Assembly (NCBI GenBank): GCA_038087875.1
Contig: CM075993.1
Location: 11,720,001 to 11,784,000 of the forward strand
Length of the DNA: 64,000 nt
DNA from: Malacoraja senta
Lineage: Eukaryota
Reading direction: 5' to 3'
A program made the position numbers and the translations under genes. Position 1 is the stretch's first letter. Every line of letters begins with the position of its first letter. This document shows, piece after piece, positions 36,341 through 49,882 of the stretch. Under the pieces are notes generated by a model that saw nothing but the letters and a program-made list of their open reading frames with translations, ran no database searches and had not been told where the DNA came from.

Positions 36341-36884
36341 TAGAAATCATGTCGCGCATTCCAAATATATTGAACCCAAAGAGTTATATTTGCAATGGAT
36401 CACTGATGTAATGTGGAGATTGAGCAACAAATTTACACGCAGCAGTGTCTCATATCCGAATTATCCAACATTTATTATAATTGCAGGTTCATCATCGATT
36501 TTCCGGCACCCTTGGTCCAGAACATTTCTGCATTATCCGTTTTGCCAGTCCAGCAGAGGTCACAGCCTGCAAGAGGAGTCCAAAGGTATCGGAATGGTCC
36601 ACCTAGGTTGCCGAGATACCTTGGAAAGGCGACCAGCGTATCAAAGACTTCTCCCACCCCATCATTCCTTCTTCTCCCTGTTCCCGTCCGGCAGAAGATA
36701 CACGAGCTTGAACGTACGCACCATCAGAATCAGGAACAGCTTCTTCCCTTCTGTTATCTGGTCCTTCCATGAGCCAGGGCACTGTCTAATTCACCTCTAT
36801 CCCAGTATGGAACAATCACACTACAATGCTGAGAACAATATTGTCTTCACTGCCAGGGTGAAGAGTCCTTCATTTCCCTCGTTG

Positions 36885-37612
36885 CCAGGGGCATTGAGTG
36901 TAAGAGTCAGGATACAAGGATACAAAGGACATTTATTATCACGTACACCAATTGGTGTAGTGAAATTTGACTTGCCATTGCAGCACACGAATAAAGATAA
37001 GACACAACATTAAAGAATTTAACAATAAACATAAAAACATCCCCCCACAATGGTTCCCACTGTGGAGGAAGGCAGCAAAGTCATGATGCAGCTTTATAAG
37101 ACTTTGGTTAAGCCATATTTGGAGTATAGTGTGCAGTTCTGATTGCCCCATTACAGGAAGCATGTTTGAGGCTTTGGAAAATGCAAAGAGGTTTACCAGA
37201 ATGCTGCCTGGATTAGAGGGTTTCAGCTGCAAGGCAAAGATGGACAAACTTGGATTGTTTTTTCTGGAACATCAGAGGTTGAGGGGAGTATTTAAAATGA
37301 TGAGAGGCATAGATAGGGTAGACAGTCAGAATCTTTTTCCCAGTATGGAAATGTCCAACACCAGAGGGCTTAGTTATAAGATGAGAGGGGGAAGGTTTAC
37401 TGGAAATGTGCAGGGCAATTTTTTTAATACAGAGTAGTGGGGCCTGGAACTCATTGCCAGGGGTGGTGGTGGAGGCAGATACGATAGTGGTGTTTAGGAT
37501 GCTTTCAGATAGGTACATGGAAGTGCGAGGGATATGGATCATGTACAGGCAGATGATATCAGTTTAACTGCATCATGTTCGGCATAAACATTGTGGGCCG
37601 AAAGGCCTGTTG
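36885..37612 (+). mobile_element. Older CR1 3' fragment with a nested non-autonomous insert (about 36915-37080, minus)
   Basis: MQLYKTLVKPYLEYSVQF..P..RK..ALE...[14 protein letters not shown]. Confidence 0.75.
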
Positions 37613-39980
37613 ATTCTGCACTCTGATTCTTCCTAAGATAGACAAATTGCTGGAGTAACTCGGTGGGACAGGCAGCATCTCTGGAGAGAAGGAATGGGTG
37701 GCGTTTTGTGTCGAGACCCTTCTTCAGATTGATGTCAGGGAAGGGGGGGGGGGGGGGGATAGTGGTCTGTTTCTTCCTCTTTGGTTTGTATACTTTACGA
37801 GTTTATTTAGATTGTTTTATCTATGGTATTAACTGATCTGATTGAATAATGTAAAACAAAGTGTTCTCTATACTATGATATACATGACAATAATAAACCT
37901 CAACTTTTGTACATTCACCCTATCTATTCTCATAAATTTAGACACCTCTATAAGATCACCCCTTAACTTCCTACGCTCCAAGAAATAAAGTCCTAGCCCG
38001 CCCAACTTTTTCCCTATAGCTCTGCACTCTTTCAAACGTGATAACGTTCTTCCTATAACATGGCGACCAAAGCTGAACACGGTACTCCAAATGCGGCCTC
38101 ACCAATGTCTTGTACAACTGTAAAGTCCCAATGTCTATTCTCATCCAACAACTTTAGGCTGTGCACGCCATACGCAAGAAGAAGAAATCTATTCTCAATA
38201 CCCTGACTAAAGGGCAATGTAAATAAAGCCGTCGTCCCCACCCCATCTCCCTGTGATGCTACTTCCAGAATACGATGTCCCTGCATTCCAAGATAGATCT
38301 CACAGCTCTAGAACACTTCCTACAGCCCTACCAGTCACTGTGAAGGTCCTGCCCTGGTTTGAATTCTCACTTTTCGTGTTTCTCAGAATCCTCTCCAGTA
38401 GCTCACCTACCACAGACTTCAGGCTCACTGGTCTATAGTTCCCAGATTTTTCTTTGCACCCCTTCTTAAATAGAGGCAAAGCGACAGTCGCTCGTTAATT
38501 TTCCGGCACCTCATCCGTGTCTAACGATGATTCACATATCTCAGGTAGGGCTCTCTAGCTTCCTACATCATCCTTAGATATATCTGTTCGGGACCGGGAG
38601 ATTTATACCAACTGTCCTAAAAGCAATGAGATTAACCGTCCCAAGTTCCCAAGCCATTGTTTTTCTTCATGGTAAAAACAGAGGCAACATGCTCATTGAG
38701 GACCTCGCCCATCTCCTTCCGCTCCACACGGATGACTGCTCTGGTTTTTGACATTACCCAAATTCCCTTCATTACATAAAACACACTCCAAAGACTAATT
38801 AACTTTGGTAACATTGTATATTGTCTCTAGTGTGTGTAGGATAGTGTCAGTGTGTACGGGGTGATCGCAGGTCAGCGTGGACTCAGTGGGCCGAAGGGCC
38901 TGTTTCTGTGCTGTATCTCTAAAGTCTAAACTGGATTTCCAATCGCATGCTAGGTTTGTGGCATTGCTAGAGTGAAGGGCAAGGCATGTGGGAATAAGGA
39001 AGCCTGGATGATGTGAGAATTCGGTGACCCCTGGTTCTGGACTCCCCCAACATCGGAAACATTTTTCCTGCACTTAGCCTGTCCAATCCCTTAAGAATTT
39101 TATATGTTTCTATAAGATCCTCTCTCATCCTTCTAAATTCCAGTTAATATAAGCCCAGTCGACCTATACGTTCATCATATGTCAGTCCCTCCATCCCGGG
39201 AATTAACCTGGAGATTGACCAGGATGTGCCTGGGATGGAGTGTTTCAATTACCAGGAGACCAGGTCTGTTTTCCCTGGAGTGAAGTAGGTTCAGAGGGGA
39301 CATCATTGAGGAGCATAAAATTAGGAGAGGTATAGGTAGGGTAAACTGCAGGAAACTTTTCCCTTTGAAGTAAATAAACCTGGAGGACATAGATTAAGTG
39401 TCAAGGAAGGAATATTTAGAGGGGATCTGAGGGGTTCTCCAGAAAGTAATGATGATCTGAAACATATTTCTGGAGGGAGTGGTGGTGCAGAGTTACTGAC
39501 AGGATTTAAGAAGTGTTTAGACCAGCACTTGAACTGCCTTGGCATTGAAGTCTACAGGTCAAGAGGTGGAAGATAGGATTAACACGGATGCATGCCACAG
39601 GTCGATGTGGACATGGTGGACCAAGTAGCCTGCTTCTATACTGTGCGTTACAGTGGTTCAATTGACTAACAATCATTGCAGGGTGTTCTGGTGACGCTAA
39701 CATTGGTCGGTCCTTCTGCTTACGTGCAAGGCAACAAAACAATGATATCCCACCACAAATCAAACTGAGATTGAATACAATAAAAGGAAAATATAAAACC
39801 ATAATTAAAATACAACCCATATTTATTTTACATCTAGGTGGTGGTCATTATTCATACAATAGAAGAGGGAATAAATAATCACAGTGAATATAGAAAAAGA
39901 AAAGCCAAGTGTCATGAGCAGAATTATTGGTGTTTCAGGATATATTTCCTCATGGACATGAAACATTTACAATCGATATG

Positions 39981-39986
39981 TTTATT
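39981..39986 (-). terminator. Candidate polyadenylation signal AATAAA for the short isoform (second candidate at 39822-39827)
   Basis: tttatt on + strand about 200 nt past the TAA at 40183. The distal hexamer is followed by T/GT-rich sequence on the minus strand. Confidence 0.45.
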
Positions 39987-40182
39987 GATGAGACTACAGA
40001 TTCATTTGTAATGTAGTTTATCCAAAGTACAAGATGATTCAAGATGGAATGTGGTACTGTAATGTAGCATGGATCCAATAAATATATATATTACAAATCT
40101 AAATGTATTTACATTTGTTACTGAGACATAAAAATAAACAGGTTAAAAGAAAGAGTAAAGAGTCAGAACAGAATTTGAAATC

Positions 40183-40197
40183 TTAATCCGCATCTTG
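40183..40197 (-). CDS. VPS13C: Probable alternative terminal exon of VPS13C (QDAD*), giving a short isoform without the C-terminal PH-like domain
   Basis: Minus strand reads TTCTAAC branch point (40233-40227), pyrimidine tract ttttttttctttctctcttt, then catgcag|CAA GAT GCG GAT TAA. Phase 0 matches the donor at 52062. An AT-rich repeat-free 3'UTR follows with AATAAA at 39986-39981 and 39827-39822. Confidence 0.65.
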   Translation of the reverse strand, partial: QDAD

Positions 40198-40413
40198 CTG
40201 CATGTTTAAAGAGAGAAAGAAAAAAAGTTAGAATCTTGCCGTATTAATAAGCAACGAGTCAAATGCTTTTTCATTTAACGATTTTGGACATTACTAATAT
40301 AAACAAAAATTTAAGCAGAAGAGAAAGCTGGAAAAACAAAATCACAGTTTGGGGAGGAGATGTAGTTTAGTAGAGGAGGCGTAACGAAACATAAACCAAG
40401 ATAAACTGTTTTT

Positions 40414-41140
40414 CAAGATGGCGGATGTGCAGGAGTGGGCGCCGTTTGTACGGGCGCCTGCCTGCAGTCCGTCCTCTAACTCTTTTTATTTTCTATAACT
40501 TTTATTTGGAGGTCTATTCTTTCTTTGTGGGGTTGGGTGGGGGTGGAAACTGTTTTAACCCCAGTTCTACCTGGTCGGAGATGCGGTTTTCCTCCAAATC
40601 GCATCTTCTCTCTCCCCATGCGGCCTTCCATCGTGCTGGAGCTGCGTTTCCTGCCGGGGACCACAGCTTCGGCGGGCGGCGCTGGGTCGAAAACACCGCG
40701 GAGTCAGAGTCAGACTCCAACCGGCGCGGCCTGAAGACTACGGGCGTCGCAGTCTCCGGGGAGGGAGCGGCCGCTCCAGACACTACCAAGCTGCTGAGGA
40801 CTTTCCACCCAATGCCGGTGTTCCAGCTTCCCGGCAGGTGGGCATACAACATCGGGCTGCCGTTGCGGCGACTGGCTGCGGAGGCCTCAAACTGGCCCCG
40901 ACCTCGGGTGGACTAGGAGGAAGAGGAGGAGGACTGGACATTTTGGTGCCTTTCCCTCACAGTGGAGAGTGTCGACTGTGGGGATGTTCGTGTTGAATTT
41001 CTCATAGTGTGTTGTGTCTTGGTTTCTACCTCTCTTTTTTTTTCATTTATATGGATAATTTTCTCTGTAAAGCACTTTGGCTTCTTTGATTGAAATTGAT
41101 TGAAAAGTGCTATATAAATAAATGTACTTTACTATACTAT
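40414..41140 (+). mobile_element. CpG-rich non-autonomous retroposon (5' CAAGATGGCG head, L2-type 3' tail)
   Basis: Starts CAAGATGGCGG; ends TGTAAAGCACTTTG...GAAAAGTGCTATATAAATAAATGTACTT; no ORF. Confidence 0.6.
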
Positions 41141-41584
41141 AACACACCAGCCTTCCATCTATTCTCAAGCTTGCTGTACAGTATTTTAGTAATTGAACAT
41201 TTAAAGTATAAGTTTATTATTGTCACGTGTACCGAGGTGTTTCTTGTGTATACGTGTTTAATGTGTCTTGTGTTTTATGACTGCTGGCAGACCAATTTCC
41301 CTCCTGGGATTAATAAAGTTCTATCGTATCGTATCGTATCCAGGCACACCCCGACTTACATAAACAATTCACAATAGGGGGTCCTGTTTCCACAATGACC
41401 TGTGTTATTGCCAGGGGAGGATGGCCAGGGCTTCATGGATATAAAAGCATTGCCCGGGCTCGCTGTTCCTGCAGTTTCAGCCACTGTTGGTGCGACACTG
41501 GGAAGGTGAGTGAGACCGAGGGAGGCGGTGTAGAGCAACTCCTGGCTGAGATGCCAACATCTCCCACAAGGGGCACCAGTGAGC

Positions 41585-42001
41585 CCTTCATCACCAGATG
41601 CTGCACTGTCTGGTTGACACGGCTGTCGTTGTAGCTCAGGTTGTAGCCCCTGGGGGCAGCACTTTCTTCAGGGCGCCGCCATCAACCCCTCGGTCACCCT
41701 GGGGCTCCCTCCCCTCTCACCAGCTGCAACTTGCTCCACCGCTCCCACCTCCATCTGCTTCTCCCCGCAGTCGCCGACAGCTCCCACCTTGACTCCGGGG
41801 AGGAGGAGGTGGTGGAGGGGGAGCCGGGGGCGGACAAAGAGACAGCTGGCACGAACAAATGGCAGCTGGTGAGAGGGGAAGGAACCTCACGGTGACGGAG
41901 CGCGTCCTGTTGGTGGCAGCGTCCTGAAGAAAGCAGGGGCTACAATGTGAGCCGCAACAAGAGTCGTGTCAACTGGACGGTGTGGTAGCTGGTGAAGAAG
42001 G
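41585..42001. repeat. Diverged inverted repeat (arms about 41585-41727 and 41862-42001)
   Basis: Arm blocks TTGACACG, TTGTAGCCCCTG, CTTTCTTCAGG and TCCCCTCTCACCAGCTGC recur as reverse complements. Confidence 0.8.
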
Positions 42002-44732
42002 AGTCGTTTGTGCAGACCAGCACCATTGTGCCTAGTTTTAAGGTGAAACACAAAGTGCTGGAGTTACTCAACGGACTGAATCAGTCCGAAGAAGGGTCCT
42101 GACCCGAAAGGTCATCTACCCATGTTCTCCAGAAATGCTGCTCAGTTGCTCCAGAACTTTGTGTCGTTTGTGTATTAATCAGCATCAGCAACTTTGTTTC
42201 CAACTAGTTTTGAGGTGATAGACACAAAATGCTGGAGTAACTCAGCGGGACAGGCTACATCTCTGGAGAGAAGGAATGGGTGATGTTTTGGGTCGAGACC
42301 AGTCCTGCTGAGTTACTCCAGCATTTTGTGTCTATCTTCGATTTAAACCAGCATCTGCAGTTCTTCCCTGCTAGTTTTGAGGTGATTCAGACTTGTATAA
42401 AATCTGACTTGTGTAAGGGTTTACAGAACATAGCCCTTACGTAAGTCGGAGAGTGTCCATAGTGAAAATCTTTGCTTTGCTTGCTAACCAAACAGATCAG
42501 ATATACCATGTGTTTAAGAAGGGACTGCAGATGCTGGACAATCGAAGGTAGATAAAAATGCAGGAGAAACTCAGTAGATATACCATACATGTGTGTTTTG
42601 AACAATGATAAACCACAGATGTGACATGGACATAAAATATAATTTGATATGGTAAAATGCAAAGGGACCCATAATATGATGAAAACCGCAAGAGATGATA
42701 GGCTGTAGGTTTGAATGCTCAAGGCTCGCCTCATAGAAATGAGAACCTCAAGTGACAATAGAGACCAGTTTCCGTTTTACAGATGGCCACGTGAAAGTGT
42801 CCACAGAGAGATGTGGTGCGGAGAGAGTGCCACTTTGGGGACTGTGACTGTGGTAGCAACCCCAAGTGATGAAAGGAACAAAAGCCCACTATAAAGAAGG
42901 AAGATTGGGAACCACACCAGGAGAAATCATACTCTGAAAATACGTGCTTGGTGATACCTGCATCCACTACAGCTTTACCAGGCATCATGCACTCCCTTCA
43001 CATGTGGTGCAACAACAAGGTGGCAATAGGAAGGCCACGTCTACACGAATATACATCACCCAACAAAACATAGTGCTGTGGTGTGGGCTCCCTTGGTGTG
43101 GTAGCTGCCTGAGACAATGCGACGTGGACAGTACGTGTTAGTGAGCCTGTTTCTAAGGAGCGACAGTCATACTCCACGTTCCCCACACCACCGTAGAGCT
43201 CTCAAACACATGGACGTTGATAAACATGCCACAAGGGCATTCAGATACTGGGGAAAACCCCACGAGTGTTCTCCCAGTGGAGGGGAAGCACGTGGGTGTT
43301 AGGTGGCGAGAAAATGGGATGAGATACAGGAAACTCTGTAGTAAGGCATCAGTTTGAAGAAGGGTCTCAACCCTAAACGTCACCCATTCCTTCTCTCCAG
43401 AGATGCAGCCTGTCCCGCTGAGTTACTCCAGCATTTTGTGTCCATCTTTGGTTTACACCAGCATCTGCAGTTTCTTCACACATGTTCTTAATGCCTCCCT
43501 TAGTAAACTATGTCGACAAACTACATCTCCCAGTCCCCAGCACCATGTGTTTTCCCCCTTCTCCACCTGCTTTTCTCCCACCACTCTCTTGTTTAGGGCC
43601 CTCATCCCCCCCCTCCCCCTCCCTATATGCCATTCTATCCACTAACCCTCCCTCTGGTCAACATTTTACTCCCCACTTTCCTTCCTTATTAGATTCCAGC
43701 ATTTACCTCCTGGTCCTCTCCACCTGCAGCCTTAGTTACCACCTGGCTCATCTGCCTATCACCCCCTCCTCCCCTGGTTCCATCTATCACACGCTCTTGA
43801 TCTACCCCTATCCCTCAAGTCTTTCTTACCGCCTCTCTCCGCTCCACTCCATCCGTCTGCAAAATGGCCTCAACTCAACAAATTGCTTTTCCATTTCATT
43901 CCTTGTTGCCTGACCCACTGAGTTCCTCTTTTTGTCCAAACTACACCTTCTACCACTCCCCCTGCAACAGTTTCCGACATTTAAAAGGAGATAATTATTT
44001 TCTGGATGACAGTTGTGAACAGTAGAACCACAATACCGTGGAAATAAAATGCCGGTGTAAGCAATGCTGAAGTTTGCAACCGGCAGGTGAAAAAACAATG
44101 CAGAATCTGGCAGTAATGCTCAGGAAAGTGGCTGTTCAGAAACCCACCCAGCAACTGGATGTTAAGAACCAGAGTGAACAAGACTAGCAGCAATGAAGTG
44201 GCCCCGCTAGATTCTTGCACAGATGAGATGAGGTCAACAGTTTGGTGATTCCAATTTTCCACCGCATCAATGAATCAACTAACAATTTCCAATGAGTTAC
44301 AGTTAATGGTGAGGCCAAACTACAGATAAGTTTGGGGACAATATGTAAATAGGCCTACCAGAGAAGAGGCTGTATTTTAGCTCATGTTAGGAAATGAAAC
44401 CAGGCAGGTGATGGAAGTGTTGGTTGGAGAATACTATGAGGACAGTGATCACAACTCGGCAGGTTTCAGTGGTTATTGAAAAGGATACGGTTGGTCCACA
44501 AGTTAAGGTCCAAAATCGTCAGAAGGTTGATTTTGATAGCGCAAGAGAGAACCTGGTTAAAGTAGATTGGAAGCACATGCTTGTAGGGTAAAACACAAAG
44601 TGCTGGAGTAACTGAGCAGGTCAGGCTGCATCTCAGTAGGGAATAAATGGGTGAGGACCCTTCTTCAGACAAGTGAGTCTTTTAAAAGAGAGTGAGTAAG
44701 AATTGATCGACAACACCAGCAGGGACATGACC

Positions 44733-45020
44733 AGTTGTGAACACTGCCCAGTCCATCACCGGCTCTGACCTCCCCACCATCGAAGGGATCTACAGGAGTC
44801 GCTGTCTCAAAAAGGCAGCCAGCATCATCAGGGACCCACACCACCCTGGCCACACACTCATTTCACCCCTGCCATCGCGAATAAGGTTCAGGAGCCTGAA
44901 AACTGTAACGTCCAGGTTCAGTAACAGCTGCTTCCCCACAGCCATTCGGTTATTAAACACAACAACCTCAAATAACCTCTGAACTACATAGACTATTATT
45001 GTTATTATTGCACTATTATT
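44733..45020 (+). mobile_element. Rex1/Babar LINE 3' end
   Basis: VVNTAQSITGSDLPTIEGIYRSRCLKKAASIIRDPHHPGHTLISPLPSRIRFRSLKT. Confidence 0.8.
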
Positions 45021-45039
45021 GGGGGTTTTGTATGCACGT

Positions 45040-45410
45040 ATGTGTGTGTATGTATGTGATCTATATGTGTGTATGTGTGTATGTATGTGATCTATATGTG
45101 TATGTGTGTGTATGTATGTGATCTATATGTGTGTATGTGTGTATGTATGTGATCTATATGTGTATGTGTGTGTATGTATGTGATCTATATGTGTATGTGT
45201 GTGTATGTATGTGATCTATATGTGTATGTGTGTGTATGTATGTGATCTATATGTGTGTATGTATGTGATCTATATGTGTGTATGTGTGTGTATGTATATG
45301 ATCTATATGTGTGTATGTATGTGTATGTATGTGATCTATATGTGTGTATGTGTGTGTATGTATGTGATCTATATGTGTGTGTATGTGTGTGTATGTATAT
45401 ATACACACAC
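45040..45410. repeat. Minisatellite (GTGATCTATAT plus TG/TATG runs)
   Basis: Read directly. Confidence 0.95.
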
Positions 45411-45746
45411 TAACATTTTGTTTTTCTCTCTCGTTTATTATATTGTTTACAGTGTTCTATGTTTGCGTATTATGTCGTGCTGCTGCAAGTAGGAATTTAA
45501 TTGTTCTATCTGGGATCACTGTGGATCACTCTTGACTCTCTTGGGTTGAAGGAAAAGGTGGTAAGATGAGCAAACCTTGGACAACAAATGCTCGATTGGG
45601 GAAAATATAAGTTGCACTTTAGGAGATCAAATGTAAGGGGAAAGTACACAGTAAATGGCCAAACAGCTCACAACATTGATTTACCAAGTGATTTGGGGTC
45701 TAAGTCCATAGTTACTTGCAATTGGAACAAATATATAGGCAATTAT

Positions 45747-46050
45747 GGGCGGCCACGGTGGCGCAGCGCTGTAAGTTGCTGCCTTACAGCGCTTGCAGCG
45801 CCGGAGACCCGGGTTCGGTCCCGACTACGGGTGCTGTCTGTACGGAGTTTGGATGTTCTCCTCGTGGCCACGTGGGTTTTCTCCGAGATCTTCGGTTTCC
45901 TCCCACACTCCAAGGACGTATAGGTATATAGGTTAATTAGCTTGGTGTATGTGTAAATTGTCCCTAGTGTGTGTAGGACGGTGTTAATGTGCGGGGATCG
46001 CTGGTTGGTGCGGACTCGATAGGTCTGTTTCCACGCTGTGTCTCTAAACT
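45747..46050 (+). mobile_element. V-SINE, full length
   Basis: A/B boxes, V-domain and tail. Confidence 0.88.
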
Positions 46051-46099
46051 ACTTATGGAAAGATGGAAAACATCAGGATTGTTGCAATGGAAGATGTTT

Positions 46100-49000
46100 A
46101 TTAGTGTGTTATTGACTGGGACTCCCTTGGTGCCAACGTCACAGATGGAGCAGAATTTGTCAGGTGCCTCGAGGATGATTTCTGGACACAGTGTGTAGAT
46201 TGTCCTGCCACGGGACATCCTGCACTGGACCATGTATTAGGGAATATGCTCGGCCAGATGGTTAGATTTTCCAAAGGGAGAACAATGCAGGAACAGTGAA
46301 CATAACTCTAAGTTTTCACATAGTTATGGGTGACGATAAGACTGGCTCCCAAAGCAAAGGGTTAAATTGGGGAACGGCTATTACAACAGTACTAGAGTAG
46401 GGAGTATTTGTACGTTCACTCCGTGACCTTGATGGGGTTTTCTCCCAGATCTTCGGTTTCCTCCCACACTCCAAAGACAGGTTTATAGGATTATTGGCTT
46501 GGTATAAATGTAAAATTGTCCCTAGTGTGTGCGGAGATCGCTGGTTGCCGCAGACTCGGTGGGCTGAAGGGCCTGTTTCTGCGCTGTAACTCAAAACTAA
46601 ACTAAAAACTCGTGTAGGAAAGAACTGCAGATGTTGGTTTAAATCGAAGATAGACACAAAATGCTGGAGTAACTCAGCGGGACAGGCAGCATCTCTGGAG
46701 ACAAGAAAAGGGTGACTTTTCTCCAGAAATGCTGCCTGTCCCGCTGAGTTACTCCAGCTTTTTTTATGTCTACCTTTAACTAAAAACTAAGAAGATTGGG
46801 AACATCTGTTATTGGATAAATACAGATCTGACACGTTGGAGTCTTTTAGTCCAACTGTTTAGAATTTTAGTCCAACATGTTCCGATGAAGATTATAGATA
46901 GAGATAGCAAGGTTCAGGAACCCTGGCAAGAGATGTTTTAAGTTTAGTCAAAAAGAAAAAGGAAGAGAATGTAATTCAGAAGCACTTAAGAAGCTGATAT
47001 TAGACAAAGCCCTTGAAGAATATAAAGTAAGCAGGAAAAAATGTAAACAATGAATCAGGAGGGCTAAAAGGGACATGGAATACCCTTGGCAAGGATTAAG
47101 GAGAGTCCTGAAGTATTTCATTCACACATACATGTGTACATTAAAAACAAGACAGTAGGAGATGTAGGCTGAAAGAAAAAGAAGGGAATTTATGCCTGAA
47201 GCCAGAAGAACTGAGCCAGGCCTGACATTAGTTCTTCATGGAAGGAGTGTGTAGGAACATACTGCAGATGCTGGTTTAAACTGCAGATAGACTCAAAGAG
47301 CTGGAGTAACTCAGCGGGACAGGCAGCATCGCTGGAGAAAAGGAATAGGTGATGTTTTGGGTCGAGATCCTTCTTCAGACTGAGAGTCAGGGGAAAGGGA
47401 AATGAGAGGTATAGAGAGAGATAGAACAAATGAATGAAAGATATGCTAAAATGTTTCCAAGTATGGCCTGTTTCCGTTATCATTGTTACTTTTTTGTCTG
47501 ACCCACTGAGTTACTCCAGCATTTTGTGTCTATCTTCATGGAAGGAGAATGACATGGATGATAGTGAGATCAGGGATGGGTCTGATGATATGGAGGAGGA
47601 GGTGTTGGGTCTCTTGAAGAACTTGAAGGTAGACAGGTGCCCAGAGATCTATCCCAGGATATTATGGAAGGCAAGGCAGGAGAGTGTTGACAGAGATCTT
47701 TGTATTCTCCTTAGCCACAGAGGAGATCTCAAGAGAATAGCCAACATAGTTCCTCTGTATAAGAAGGGCAACAAAGACAAAACCAAGACATTATCGGCTA
47801 GTGAGCCCTACATCATTGGTCGGGGAATTATTGGAGAAGTTTCTTAGGAACATAATTTACTTGCACTTGGAAACGCACTGAATTAAGTAGAATCAGCATG
47901 GCTTTGTGTGAGGAAGGCCATGCTTCACAAACTTAAGTTGAGTTTTCGAGGAGGTAACAAAGATTATTGAGGAGAGCACGGCAGAGCATGTTGTCCATAT
48001 GGACTTGAGTAAAGCATTTGACAAGGTCCTTCATGGTAGGCTGATCCAGAAGATTATGTTACACGGGATCCAAGGTGAGTTGGTAAGTTGGACACAAACT
48101 AGGCTTGATCATAGTAGACAGAGGGCAGCGGAGAAAGGGTGTGACTGAATGCAGGTCTGTGACCAGTGGTTTCCACAAGTGCTGGAACTTCTTCTTTACT
48201 TCTAAATGATCTCAATGAAAGCATCAGGAAGTTTGCGGGCAATGAGAAAGATTAGCAGGTTTGCAGATAGTACACAAAGTTGTAGACAGTAGAATCGCGA
48301 TCAGTGGAAAATATGGGTGCAGAAATGGCAGATGGAATGTAATCCATCCAGCTGTTAATGTGGTGGATTTTGAGAGTTCAAATGTAAGAGGAAAGTGTAC
48401 ATTTAATGGATGTATATATAGATTCTTAACAGCACTTATGTACAGAGGGATCTTGGGTGGAAGCCCATAACTCCCTTTATGCGGCAGCACAAGTAGATCA
48501 AGCTGTGAAGAAGGCGTATGGAATGCCTGCCTTCATAGGTTGGGGCATTAAATATAAGTCAGAAGTCATGTTGCAGCTTTATAGGATGTTGGTTAGGCCA
48601 CATTTGGAATATTGTCTGCATTCTGGTTCCAATTACAGGAAGGACTTTGGAGAGGGTGCAGAAGAGGTTTACCAGGAGGTTTCCTGCATTGGAGATTTTT
48701 TTTTTTTAATATATATATATTTTTTAAATTCATTTTATTTATTTATTTATTTAAAAACATATTTTAATTTATTAGAAGTAAGTACAGTAATGTGGCACCA
48801 AGGTGCCTAATATATATTGGCATGTTACATTTGATGTACAGCTTCATTTTTTAAAAATAATAAAAGGGAGAAAGAAAGAATTGGTAATAAAAAATAGAAA
48901 AACGTGTGATGTGTTGGTGTGTGAAAAGGAAAAGGGGGGGAAGAGGGGAAGTTAAAAAAAAAGAGAGAGAAAGAGAAAGAGTAGAGAGTAGGAGATTCTA

Positions 49001-49520
49001 GGAGATAGTTATTTATATTCTTGACCATCCTTCACCCAGTCCTCGTTAAGAATTGGTCTGGTTTGTCTGTTAGGAGGAATCGCAGTTCTTCAAGATGTGC
49101 GGTGTCCAACATGTTTGAAAATTGGAGATTATTAGCTATAACTTTGATTGTGTTTGCTCAGGCTACTGAGGGGTAACTTGATAGAACTATGAAAAAAACT
49201 ATAATAGGCCCTGGTTAGGATAGACAGTCAAAGTATTTTTCTAATGATGGAACTGTCAGAAGGTATAGTTTTAAGGTGGGAGGGTAAAGTTTAAAGCAGA
49301 TTTACAAGGTAAGTTGTTTTTAAACAGCAGGTACCTGGAATACGCTGCCATGTTAAGTGGTAGAAGCAGATATGACAGCAACATTTCAGCAGCCTTTAGA
49401 TACCCTTATGAACAGGCAGGGAATAAAGGGATATAAACCATGTACGAGCAGGCAGATGAGCAGCTTCACTTAGAATCATGGTCGGTGCAGTAGTGGTGGC
49501 TCAAAGGGTCTGCTCCCTGT
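46100..49520 (+). mobile_element. Long decayed CR1 ORF2 interrupted by SINE (46406-46607), PLE fold-backs (46613-46776, 47248-47535) and an L1-like 3' tail (48695-49030, minus)
   Basis: Scattered remnants: ILLDLVLGN-like, ANIVPLYKKG, VVHMDLSKAFDKV, MLQLYRMLVRPHLEYC. Confidence 0.7.
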
Positions 49521-49805
49521 TACGTTTAAATGACCACGATGGGAATGATAAGATTCAAAAGATAACACTAGACTGAGAACACTTGTGATCAGCAAACAAA
49601 ACTTATGAACACGAGGACGACATGGCTAAAATGAATAACTGTGCAAGCAGAACATCGGAACCGGAACGTCACTGCCATAATTCACTGCTCAGAAATTTGA
49701 GAGACAAAATAAAATTCACTCTCACGTATTTATGTGAAAAGCAGTAGATAAATTGACATGAAAGTTGCGCTACAGCCCGTTTTGTAGAAATGCAACCCTG
49801 CTGTG

Positions 49806-49845
49806 GGGTGTGTGTGTGTGTGTGTAGTGTGTCTGTGTGTGTAGT

Positions 49846-49882
<37 letters not shown>

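Noticed and set aside
40414..40930. CpG-island promoter or 163-aa gene
   Set aside because: Continuous with a LINE-type 3' tail and shares a module with other repeats in the window; the peptide is unrecognisable.
42730..43320. Unique-looking stretch, possible extra exon or retroviral remnant
   Set aside because: No in-phase splice pair or recognisable peptide; probably an ancient decayed LINE and cannot be supported.
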